Part shown: in pieces, positions 1 through 8,521 of the stretch
How the letters are laid out: every line of letters begins with the position of its first letter
How positions within the stretch are numbered: the stretch's first letter is position 1
Assembly (NCBI GenBank): GCA_963755915.1
Contig: CAVWLP010000003.1
Coordinates: 800,001-864,000, forward strand
DNA length: 64,000 nt
Direction: 5' to 3'
DNA from: an uncultured Phycisphaerales bacterium
Lineage (GTDB): Bacteria; Planctomycetota; Phycisphaerae; Tepidisphaerales; Tepidisphaeraceae
Notes under the pieces: generated by a model
The model's database searches: none
Told to the model about the DNA's origin: nothing
The model's input: only the letters and a program-made list of their open reading frames with translations
Translations under genes and position numbers: made by a program

Positions 1-939
1 ATCCAACGTCATCGTCCCCAGCCCCTGTGCCTTGGTGAGATCGTTTTCAATCAGCGGCTTCTGCGCCGCCGCCGCCTCCCCAAACGTCTGCAAATCCATG
101 TCCTGGTTCAGCCCATGCATCACCGAATTCACCGGGTCCGGATTCCCCAGATAATCCTTCCACCCCTCCCGGCAAGCCGCCGCCATCGCCTTCACTTCCT
201 GCGGGTGCGATCGCCACAGCTCCCCTTTGCAGATCAGCAATGTCGCATAAGGATTAAACCCCTCATCCGCGATCAAAAACACCTGCGGATCGCCCCCCTG
301 GTGCCGCGCCAATATCGGCTCGCTCGTCACATAACACTGCTGCGAATAATCCTTGCTCGCCATAAACTGTGCGATGCCCCCATCATAATTCGCCACCTTC
401 ACCCTCACCGGCGCGAACCGCTTCTCCAGCAGCGTCAGCCACGCGTTCGGCTCGGCCAGCAGATACCCGTCGCTGTTAAACACATCCGCGATCGAAGTAA
501 ACCCGCGCGACTCATGCACCATGATCCCCTGCGGAAACGTCTGATACACCGCAAAAATGCCGATCACATCCGCATTCTGCCGGCGGGCGATCAGTACCTG
601 GTCGGAGGTCGACGTCGCGAATTCCGTCTTTCCCGTCGCCACGAGCTGCCACGTATCCGCCCCTTCCCCGGCCGGCGTGATCGTCACATTCAACCCGTGC
701 TTGGCAAAAGCCCCATCCTGGCTCGCCGCGTAAAACCCCCCAAACTCCGGCTCCGGTTTCCAGTCGAGCGTCAACTGCACCGCCGTCGCACTGGGAGGCG
801 TCGCGCTGGGCCGCGTCGCGCTCGACGCGTTTGCATTTGGCCCCGGCGCCGATGAGTCACTCGACGGCGCACTGCTTTTCGCGCACCCGCCGATCAGCAA
901 CCCGCAGAAAACCACGCCCACCGTCAATCGCCAGATCAT
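1..939 (-). CDS. ABC transporter substrate-binding lipoprotein, NMT1/THI5/SsuA-like (3' end runs off the window)
   Basis: Translated by hand from the ATG at 939: MIWRLTVGVVFCGLLIGGC (lipobox), then VQLTLDWKPEPEFGGFYAA, typical of NMT1-family binding proteins. Lies downstream of the permease and ATPase. Confidence 0.85.
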   Translation of the reverse strand, partial: MIWRLTVGVVFCGLLIGGCAKSSAPSSDSSAPGPNANASSATRPSATPPSATAVQLTLDWKPEPEFGGFYAASQDGAFAKHGLNVTITPAGEGADTWQLVATGKTEFATSTSDQVLIARRQNADVIGIFAVYQTFPQGIMVHESRGFTSIADVFNSDGYLLAEPNAWLTLLEKRFAPVRVKVANYDGGIAQFMASKDYSQQCYVTSEPILARHQGGDPQVFLIADEGFNPYATLLICKGELWRSHPQEVKAMAAACREGWKDYLGNPDPVNSVMHGLNQDMDLQTFGEAAAAQKPLIENDLTKAQGLGTMTLD

Positions 940-994
940 TCTCAGCCTTTCCGTCTACCGCACCGCAGTTTATCACGTCGATCGCCAGCGAATT

Positions 995-1023
995 GTTTAG
1001 CCGCGACCCGAAGGGAAGCGCGT
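995..1023. repeat. REP-like dispersed repeat GTTTAGCCGCGACCCGAAGGGAAGCGCGT
   Basis: Intergenic. A second copy with 1 mismatch in 29 lies at 11357-11385. Confidence 0.75.
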
Positions 1024-1066
1024 CTTACGTTCGCACTCCCATACGCGCCACACGATTCGCAACTGT

Positions 1067-1852
1067 TCATTCATCCAGCTCCGAAGCATGCCAATGGCGA
1101 AGCAGCAGTTTAGCCGCCGCATTTATCGCCGCAAACATCGCCAGCCCCAGCAGCGACGCAATCAGCACCGCCGCGAAAACCAAATCCGTCCGTCCCTGCT
1201 TTTTCGCCGAAACGATCCTCACCCCCAGCCCCTCCCCCGGCCCAAACAGCCCCACCAGAAATTCCCCCACCACCGTCCCAATCACCGCCAGCCCCGCCGC
1301 CACCCGCAGCCCCGTAAAAATGCTCGGCAGGGCGGATGGCAGCTTCAATTTCCATAGCCGCGCCCACCTCCCCGCCCCATACAGCCGAAACAAATCCTCC
1401 AGCGCAGGATCGGTCGACATCATCCCCGCCAGCGTATTGGCGATCACCGGAAACACCGAAACGATAAACGCCGACAGCGCCACCGCCCCCAGCCCCGGCC
1501 CGCACCAGATCATCAGCAGCGGCGCGATCGCCACGATCGGCACCGTCTGAAAAAAAACTGTGTACGGATAAATCGCCCGCCGAACCAGCGGCCACGCCGA
1601 CAAAATCATCCCCGCCCCAACCCCCAAAACCCCGCTCGCGAAAAATCCCATCAGCGCCGCCTCCGTCGTCGTCCAAAGCGACGCCGCCAAATCCCCCCGG
1701 CGCAATATCATCACCCTCGCCACCGCCCCCGGCGTCGGCAGCAAAAATGGCTCGTTCAATGCACTCGCCCCAACATGCAGCGCAATCACCGCGGCGATAA
1801 ACACCACCACCGGCGGCCAAATCGCGCCGAAAATCGATCCCGTTCCCTTCAA
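1067..1852 (-). CDS. ABC transporter permease, SsuC/TauC type
   Basis: Several TM segments; QTVPIVAIAPLL, LPSALPSIFTGLRVA and VVGEF motifs. Confidence 0.9.
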   Translation of the reverse strand: MKGTGSIFGAIWPPVVVFIAAVIALHVGASALNEPFLLPTPGAVARVMILRRGDLAASLWTTTEAALMGFFASGVLGVGAGMILSAWPLVRRAIYPYTVFFQTVPIVAIAPLLMIWCGPGLGAVALSAFIVSVFPVIANTLAGMMSTDPALEDLFRLYGAGRWARLWKLKLPSALPSIFTGLRVAAGLAVIGTVVGEFLVGLFGPGEGLGVRIVSAKKQGRTDLVFAAVLIASLLGLAMFAAINAAAKLLLRHWHASELDE

Positions 1853-2598
1853 GCCTTCCCCCCAGATTCCCCTTTCGCCAGCGCTTCATAAATCTTCCGC
1901 GTAATCCCCCCGAATTCCCCTGACGACCGCACCCCCGCCTCCCGCTTCTCCCCCAGCCCAATCTCAATATCCGCCGCAATCCGCGCCGGCCGGCTCGTCA
2001 GCACCACCGCACGATTCGCCAGAAACGTCGCCTCCGCCGTCGAGTGCGTGACGAAAATCACCGTCATCCGGTGCCGCACCCAAAGATCCCGAAGCTGCTC
2101 ATCCAGCCGCTGCCGCGTGATCTCATCCAGCGCCGCGAACGGCTCATCCAAAAGCAAAATATCCGGCCGCGTCACCAGTGCCCGCGCCAGCGAAACCCGC
2201 ATCTTCATCCCCCCCGAAAGCTGATTCGGAAATCTCTCCAGCGCCTCCTCCAGCCCCACCTGCCCCAGCGCCTCCCGCGCCGACCCAATTCTTTCCGCCT
2301 TCCCCACCCCCATCAATTCCAGCGGCAGCGCCGCATTCCCCACCACGTTCCTCCACGGCAGCAGATGCGCATCCTGAAAAACATAAGCAATCTTCCCCGC
2401 CCCCTTCTCCACGGCCCCATGACTCGCCCGCTCCAGCCCCGCGATAATTCTCAGCAGCGTAGACTTCCCACACCCCGACGGCCCCAGCACCGCCACAAAT
2501 TCCCCATCCCCAATCCCCAGCGACAAATCCTCTATCGCCACCACCCCGTTCTCAAAAACCTTCCGCAAATGATCAATTCGCATCGCCCCGGCGATCAT
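1849..2598 (-). CDS. ABC transporter ATP-binding protein, SsuB/TauB type
   Basis: Walker A GPSGCGKS, signature LSGGM, Walker B LLLDEPF. Confidence 0.95.
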   Translation of the reverse strand: MIAGAMRIDHLRKVFENGVVAIEDLSLGIGDGEFVAVLGPSGCGKSTLLRIIAGLERASHGAVEKGAGKIAYVFQDAHLLPWRNVVGNAALPLELMGVGKAERIGSAREALGQVGLEEALERFPNQLSGGMKMRVSLARALVTRPDILLLDEPFAALDEITRQRLDEQLRDLWVRHRMTVIFVTHSTAEATFLANRAVVLTSRPARIAADIEIGLGEKREAGVRSSGEFGGITRKIYEALAKGESGGKA

Positions 2599-2603
2599 AT
2601 CGT

Positions 2604-2626
2604 GTAGCCGCCGAGCTTGCTCGGCG
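2604..2626 (+). repeat. GTAG-type REP hairpin
   Basis: GTAG followed by the palindrome CGCCGAGC-TT-GCTCGGCG. A related copy with compensatory changes lies at 5575-5621. Confidence 0.7.
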
Positions 2627-2800
2627 CTCTCCGCACTTTTTCCCCTGTCTTTCCCTGAGCTCGAAACTCCTCAGCGCCTGTCACGGGGCGCGCCAAAACC
2701 AGCCAGGGCGGGGCGCTTCAAAACCGGCCAATGTGCTGACGTATTCTATACCGCATCCGTTCTATCCGACGCAACTGTTCCTTGAGTTATTGGTCCCCGT

Positions 2801-3691
2801 TCACGCCGTCTGGCCGGCGGATACCCCCACATCAGAAGACAACGGCGGCTCTGTCACGGTGTCTTCCGGGGGGGAGCACCCTTCATCGCCGGCGGTACTC
2901 CGCCGTCCTTTTGGATTTGTCTTTTCCGGTGTCCCGGATTGGCCTGCCGTGAGCGAAGTCGAATGGCCCCCATGCCGAAGGCGGTAGCTCTTGCCGGTGA
3001 TGTTGATGATCGTGGCGTGCTGCAGGAACCGATCCAGAATGGCCGTGGCCGCCGGCACGTCGCCGATCAGCTTGGCCCAGTCCTCCAGTGGACGGTTGCT
3101 GGTCATCATCGTCGAGCGGTTCTCGTGCCGGCGCATGACGATCTCCAGCAGGCATTCGCCGCTGCGCCGCGGAAGCTGCTTCATTCCCATGTCGTCGATG
3201 ATAAGCAGATCAGGCTTGAGATACCGGGCCAGCGTCTTGTCCTGGGCTCCCAGATCCTCGTCGCCTAAAAAGTCGCGGGCCAGGTCGAAGATGGATCGGT
3301 ACAGGACCACCAAGCCGCTCTTGATCGCCTGGTGTCCGATGGCCTGGGCCAAAAACGATTTGCCCACGCCGGGCGGACCCAGCAAGAGCACGTCACGTTT
3401 GTCACGAATGAACTGGCCGGCGGCCAGATCGTGAATCTGTTTGCGTTTGATGGAGGTGTTGAAGGAGAAGTCGAACTCGTCGAGGTTTTTGGTGTCGCGG
3501 AACATCGCCGCCTTGACGCGCCGGCCGATCTGCCGGCTGGATCGGACGTTCAGTTCATCCTGAAGGATCAGTTCCAAAAACTCACTGTGGTCGAGCCGAT
3601 TGCCGGCCGCCTCGCTCAGGCGAACTTCAAGGCTGCTCGCCAGACCTGAAAGCCGAAGTTGCTTGAGCGTCTGCATCAACGAAGGTCTCAT
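2801..3691 (-). CDS. istB: IS21 helper ATPase IstB
   Basis: LDEFDFSF, Walker A GPPGVGKS, Walker B LLIIDD, TSN, AILDR and GKSYRLR motifs. Overlaps the istA stop. Confidence 0.95.
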   Translation of the reverse strand: MRPSLMQTLKQLRLSGLASSLEVRLSEAAGNRLDHSEFLELILQDELNVRSSRQIGRRVKAAMFRDTKNLDEFDFSFNTSIKRKQIHDLAAGQFIRDKRDVLLLGPPGVGKSFLAQAIGHQAIKSGLVVLYRSIFDLARDFLGDEDLGAQDKTLARYLKPDLLIIDDMGMKQLPRRSGECLLEIVMRRHENRSTMMTSNRPLEDWAKLIGDVPAATAILDRFLQHATIINITGKSYRLRHGGHSTSLTAGQSGTPEKTNPKGRRSTAGDEGCSPPEDTVTEPPLSSDVGVSAGQTA

Positions 3692-5373
3692 GGGGTGGAC
3701 TCCCTTCGGCTCTGCTCAGGGCAGGCCTGTAAAGGTTGTGCGGCAGGCAAAGCCTCCGCTTGGGTGATTGCGTCGCGTACGAACTGTCCGTAATCGGCCA
3801 GTCCGCGGATGATTGGATGTTCCTGAACAAACTCGAAGTGTTGTTGAACCGGCGCGCCGTTTTGGTGTTCGATGAGCTGCCGCAGGGAGCGCAGGTGATA
3901 CGCGCCATGCCCCAGAGCAATCTCGCAGGCTCGTTCCACGGCCGGTCGCGGCTGCTGATTGGCCAGCGACAGCAGCCCCATCAACACGCGCACGCCTTCG
4001 ATGCCGCGATGCTGAAGCATTGACTGCGCCCACTGCGTGGCGTGCGGCCCGATGCATTCGATCCGCTGGAGAAGCCAGGTCGTTCCACGCTCGATGCCGC
4101 TGATCTTCTCCGGCAGGATATGGGCGTCTTGCGTCGAGAACCTGCCCGGCGGACGCTGCGCGTGCAGAGCGATCGCACGCATCTTCTGATCGAACAGCCG
4201 GACCGTGCGCCCGTCCCACCGCGCCCAGACCCGCTGGCCCAAAAACTCCGGCGGGACCGAATAGTACGCCCCCTTGATCTCCACGTGCCCGTCGCGGTGA
4301 ACACTGCGCAACGCCTCGGTGAAAAGATCGAATCGCACCGGCGGCAGAGCCAACAGTGCCGGCTTCTCTACCTGCTCGAAGACTTCCTTCACCTGCCGCC
4401 GCGTCGTGCCGTGGATGCGCGTGTCGGCCACGCTCTTCTCCCACGTCAGCAGATGCGCGTTCTGATCCGAGAGCGAGGCGAATTGCCGGCCTTTGAGAGC
4501 ATTGCTCTTCACATAGCCGATGCCCCGCTCGATCTTCCCCTTGTGCCGCGGCGTGTACGGCTTGGTGGGCAGAATGGCGATTCCATAATGTTCGGCGAAC
4601 GACCGGACCTTGGGACACAACTCCGCCTCGAACCAGTCCGCCCGCGTCACCGCCGCGCGAAGATTGTCGATCACCAGCGCTGACGGCATCCCGCCGAAGT
4701 GCGTAAAGGCATTTTCCAGACAACGCAGAAAATCATCGGTCGTCTGCCGCTCCACCGCCTCGGCGTACCCCTTGCGGCTGTGGCTCAGCACAATGCGGAA
4801 GACCCAGGTTGCTTTGCGTTTGCCGTCAGGACCGACCAGGGGCGCACCCCGGCCGAAGTCCACCTGCCCTCGGCTCCCGGCTCGCATTCCATCCGGCGCA
4901 CGCTGTAATAGCTGCCGGCATAGCCGTGATCGCTGGAGATGTCTTGATAAATCCGCTGGGCCGTCAGCCCGGCTTCCAACTTCTGAACAATGACCTCACG
5001 CCAGGGCGATGCCGTACTGACCGACCCGATGGGCGCGCCGGATAACCCGGTGGGCGCGCTCTCCGAGCCGCCTGCGGCGAGCACCGTCGAGCCGCCTGCG
5101 GCGAGCACCGTCGAGCCGCCTGCGGCGAGCACCGTCGAGCCGCCTGCGGCGAGCACCGTCGAGCCGCCTGCGGCGAGCACCGTCGAGCCGAGGGGCGCGC
5201 TGGCCGGTTTTGAATCCGATCCGGGCACCGCAGGATCGCCGCCCGACAACCGGATGTGGCGTCCAACGGTCTCCCGGTGAACGCCGAGTTGGCGGGCGAT
5301 GTTCCGATTGGACCAGCCGCTGCGCAAGTGCCAAAATTGCTTGTACTTCCGCCATCTTGAGTTGATTGGCCAT
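3688..5373 (-). CDS. istA: IS21 transposase IstA (two frameshifts, ~5320 and ~4870)
   Basis: N-terminal HTH (MANQLKMAEVQAILAL..GWSNRNIARQLGVHRETV), DDE motifs QVDFG, VIDN and KGKIERG, C-terminal YYSVP. Split over three frames. Confidence 0.85.
5065..5190. repeat. 24-bp tandem repeat, 5.25 copies, inside istA
   Basis: GAGCCGCCTGCGGCGAGCACCGTC x5 plus GAGCCG. Encodes (STVLAAGG)n in frame. Confidence 0.95.
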
Positions 5374-5574
5374 CCCACCATTGGCTTGCGGCAACCGCCG
5401 AAAGCCAAGGTCGATAACCCAATCTCCTGTGCCTCAAAATGGCCGGTTTTGGCGCGCCCTCAATTGGCCGGTTTTGCGCCCCATGACACAGCGCCCCGCC
5501 GCCGAAAGCACCGGAGGTGCTTGGGCGGTACTCCGCGAAACGTGGGCCGGAGGCCGTCCCTAACTTCTCCCCGT

Positions 5575-5621
5575 GTAGCCGCCGTGCTTGACTTCGGTGA
5601 GCTGTCTCGAACCGCACGGCG
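5575..5621 (+). repeat. GTAG-type REP with a 24-bp element inserted in its loop
   Basis: GTAGCCGCCGTGCTT-[GACTTCGGTGAGCTGTCTCGAACC]-GCACGGCG, compared with the uninterrupted copy at 2604. Confidence 0.7.
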
Positions 5622-5864
5622 CTTTCCCGCCAAATACCTCAAGGCCGCCCCCGACCGTCACAAGGCCAGCCAAGTGCCACCGCGGCGGAACCGCGTTTTA
5701 TATTCGAGTCAACGCCTCTTCTCGTCCCCCAAACCATAACCGAAAATACTCTTCCTTCTTTTTACGATGTAAATCCGACCGCTTCGCTCCAATAAATGTG
5801 GGGAATCCCACTCATAAATTCTTCCTCTTTCTTGGCATCTTGGCGTCTTCTATGAGCCGAGCCT

Positions 5865-5870
5865 TGTCAA
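5865..5870 (-). promoter_or_regulatory. Outward-facing -35 box TTGACA at the IS110 3' end
   Basis: Perfect TTGACA on the minus strand next to the inverted repeat. In the circular junction GAAACT, a weak -10, would lie 17 nt downstream. Confidence 0.5.
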
Positions 5871-5879
5871 GGGGCGTTG

Positions 5880-6175
5880 ATCGCTCATGCGGTCGATTGG
5901 GTGAGCCTTCTATTCAGTGCTCTCGCCTGGCGGCGGGCCTATTCAACTGTACAAATGGCCAGCCCTATTCTTAGCGGCAAGCTTTGAAGCTTAAGACGCC
6001 AACCGGGGTCTGGCCTTGCTCATTCAACCTGCACGAACGCGTCAATTCCACTTCACTTCAACTCTACTCAATCCCCTGCACAGAAGACAACGGCTTTCTG
6101 ACACGGTGTCTTCCGGAGGGGAGATACTCCATCGCCTGTACCGACTTGTCGGGACAGTCATCGCCTTTTCGATTT
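5880..6175 (-). ncRNA. Putative bridge/seek RNA of the IS110 element (boundaries approximate)
   Basis: Stem GGCCAG..CCC/GGG.CUGGCC (5957-6015) encloses two guides matching the insertion site, separated by an AAGCU-UCAA-AGCUU hairpin. Confidence 0.8.
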
Positions 6176-7219
6176 TCAAGTGGCCGCCGTCAGCGATCGC
6201 TGGGGTTCTCTCCATCGGGTTCCGTCCCGCAGCATCGCCCACAGCTTCACCAGTAATCTCCTGGCTACCGCAACAATCGCGATCTTCTTGCGCTTCTCGC
6301 TGTCACGTAGAACCCTCTCGTACACGTCCTTCATCCACGTATTGCGATGAACCCCCAGCCACGCCACCTCCACCAGCAACTCCCGCAGCAGCGCGTTGCC
6401 TGCCTTGCTGATCCGCCCCTGGCGATCGCTGTCGCCGCTCTGCCAGCGCCGCGGCGTCAGACCCACGTAACATCCCACCTGACGTGCATTCTTGAATCGC
6501 CTGGGATCATCAATGATCACCGCCACCGCCTCGCTCAGCCGCGGACCAACGCCGGGCACCTCCTGCAATCGTTTCACCGCTTTGTTGGCCTGGCCCAACT
6601 CCTGAAGCTTGCTTTCGACAGTTTCGATCTGCTTCTCCAGGTGCTCCAGTTGCGCCACCTCACAACCGATCTGAAACAGCCACAGATCTTCCGCCGATGC
6701 GGCCGCTGCTTCCTTCCTCATTTCCTCCAGTCGCGCTTTCGTCCACGCCTTGGTCGCCGAGGGCAAATACAAACCCTGCCGCTCGTAGATTGATCGGATC
6801 GAGTTCTTGAGCGCCGTGCGGCGATCCACCAGGCCGTGTCTGTATTCAATCAATGAACGCCACTGCCGAACCGATGCCTTGGGCACGTGCACCGTCGGCA
6901 GCGAATCCATCTCCGACATCGCCGCCATCTTCAGCGCGTCTTTACGATCACTCTTCTCCTTCACCGTCTTCCAGCGCCAGCGTTCATCGTTGCCATTGGC
7001 CACCTGGACGGGAACATTGTTCCGCTCCGCCAGATCACAAACCCATCCTGCCGCCGGACCGGCCTCGATGACCAGTCGATCCGGACGCACCCGCTCGAGT
7101 AGTTTTTGCACCTCGTGGGCATTGGTGCCGATCTTGCCGAACGTTCTTTCTCCACCGCCGGTGACATAATCCACAAAAACGCTCTTGTTCTTTCCCAGGT
7201 CCAAAGCGAGAATTCGCAT
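6176..7219 (-). CDS. IS110-family DEDD transposase/recombinase
   Basis: ALDLG, VIEAG and KSDRKDA (DEDD tetrad); VPGVGP, YVGLTP..QSG (catalytic Ser region), ISKAGN, AVARRL. AAGGA RBS before the ATG at 7219. Confidence 0.95.
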   Translation of the reverse strand: MRILALDLGKNKSVFVDYVTGGGERTFGKIGTNAHEVQKLLERVRPDRLVIEAGPAAGWVCDLAERNNVPVQVANGNDERWRWKTVKEKSDRKDALKMAAMSEMDSLPTVHVPKASVRQWRSLIEYRHGLVDRRTALKNSIRSIYERQGLYLPSATKAWTKARLEEMRKEAAAASAEDLWLFQIGCEVAQLEHLEKQIETVESKLQELGQANKAVKRLQEVPGVGPRLSEAVAVIIDDPRRFKNARQVGCYVGLTPRRWQSGDSDRQGRISKAGNALLRELLVEVAWLGVHRNTWMKDVYERVLRDSEKRKKIAIVAVARRLLVKLWAMLRDGTRWREPQRSLTAAT

Positions 7220-7330
7220 TGCCGAGTCCTTTCTCAAAAAAGACGTTTGAGCGACCTACGCGGTACGCTCGTTCATACTTGGGGCATTTTGACCCCGTTC
7301 ACGTCCCGAGAAAGGCTCGGCTTCATAGTT

Positions 7331-7371
7331 TCTTGGCGGTTATAAGATTTTTAACCGCCAAGACGCCAAGA
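7331..7371. repeat. Remainder of the palindromic target of the IS110
   Basis: The rebuilt empty site TCTTGGCGTCTTGGCGGTTA is the exact reverse complement of 7352-7371 TAACCGCCAAGACGCCAAGA. Confidence 0.85.
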
Positions 7372-7404
7372 GCGCAAGAAAGAAGCAGATAAAAAGAAAT
7401 TTAT

Positions 7405-8516
7405 TTAGAGCGTGCGCTTAAACAGCAACGTCGCAAACCCCAACGCCAGCAGCGAAAAAATCGTCAGAAACGCCAGATCCTGCCAGATCGCTATGAGCCC
7501 TGTGTTCTTGAGGATCAGCTCCTTAAACCCATGCACGGCATACGTAAACGGATCGACCACCGCAATGCACTTCATCCAGGTCGGAAACGACTCCTGCGGA
7601 TAAACCGCCCCGCTCGGAAAATACAAAACCGTATTCAGCATCCCGAAAATCGCCCGCGGCACCAGCGGATCGTTCACCCGCACCATGATCAAAAACATCA
7701 TGCTGATCAGCGCCATCGACGTGGCAACCACCAGAATCATCAATTTCAACATGCGGACCGGATTAAGCGGGTCCGGTATACCCGCGATGAGCGAACCGAT
7801 GGTAACCAGAACCAGCCCCGCGATGATCGCCTTGGCAGCCCCCGCAAAGGTGAAACCAAGGATCAGCTCAACCTTGCGGATTGGCGTCACGAGATATCCT
7901 TCGTGCAGCCCGCGCGCCTTATCGTCGATGAAGATGATCCCACCGCCGATCATCGCCGAGACGAAGATCGACAGCGTGATGATCCCCGGCAAAAGGAACT
8001 GGATATACGGCACATACGGATAGACCTCCACGACGTTCAGCGTCGCATCCGCTGTCGTGCGCCAGGCACTTGCGGACCATTGTACGTCTGAAGCATCGAC
8101 CCAATACTCGCTTCCAGGGCATCGGATGAGAACTGGTCCGTGTTATCGACCACCACCGCGATCTGCGGATTGGCGCCCGCCAGGACTTTCCGCGAAAAAT
8201 TGGGCGGAATGTTCAGCACGCCCTGGATCTTCCCATCCCGCAAATCGCGCACCGCCACCGCATTGTCGGAGTAAGGGATGGTGTCGAAAGTCCGGGCATT
8301 CGCCGCGATCGCCTGGCACATCTCCTTGATCTTGATCGCCGGAACCCCGTGGTCCTGGTCCACGACCCCCACCTTCATGTTCTTGATCTTCCCCCCGAAC
8401 GCATACCCCAGCACGATGAGCTGCACCAGCGGCATGATCATCGAGACGATCATCAGCACCGGGCTGGCCTTAAATCGCCGAAGGTCGCGCTCGATGATGG
8501 CCCAGATTCGATGCAT
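7405..8516 (-). CDS. ABC-2 type exporter permease (frameshift ~8050)
   Basis: ORFs 8037-8516 and 7405-8031 are the two halves: VGVVDQD extracellular domain, then FLLPGII, YFPSGAVYP and DPFTYAV. Confidence 0.88.
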
Positions 8517-8521
8517 GCTCG

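Larger units (their letters stand above)
2679..5488 (-). mobile_element. IS21-family insertion sequence (~2.8 kb)
   Basis: Ends TGTCACGGGGCGC and GCGCCCCATGACA are inverted repeats with internal AAAACC(G/A)GCCA repeats. Flanked by a 7-bp direct repeat CAGCGCC (2672-2678 and 5489-5495). Encodes istA and istB. Confidence 0.95.
5850..7334 (-). mobile_element. IS110-family element, IS1111-type architecture
   Basis: Sub-terminal inverted repeats CTATGAGCCGAGCCTT (5850-5865) and AAGGCTCGGCTTCATAG (7312-7328). TCTT core at both junctions (5846-5849, 7331-7334). DEDD recombinase followed by a ~325-bp 3' non-coding end. Confidence 0.9.

Noticed and set aside
115-855. 246-aa plus-strand ORF and many similar long ORFs (8880-10412, 20133-21776, 25725-27215, 61993-63573)
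   Set aside because: Antisense shadows of well-supported genes, Arg/Pro-rich with no motifs, as expected at high GC.
5065-5190. Possible CRISPR array
   Set aside because: Head-to-tail 24-bp repeats with no spacers, in frame inside istA, and no cas genes in the window.
6100-6140. Fluoride riboswitch (GGCGAUGGAGU start on the minus strand)
   Set aside because: The following UUCGCC pairing and the downstream pseudoknot segment are absent, and no fluoride-related gene follows.
5846-7334. TCTT as a classical target-site duplication
   Set aside because: IS110 enzymes recombine conservatively through a core shared by donor and target, and both guides cover this core.
2679-7334. Composite transposon formed by IS21 and IS110
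   Set aside because: Different families, each with its own intact junctions and no cargo between them. These are independent insertions.
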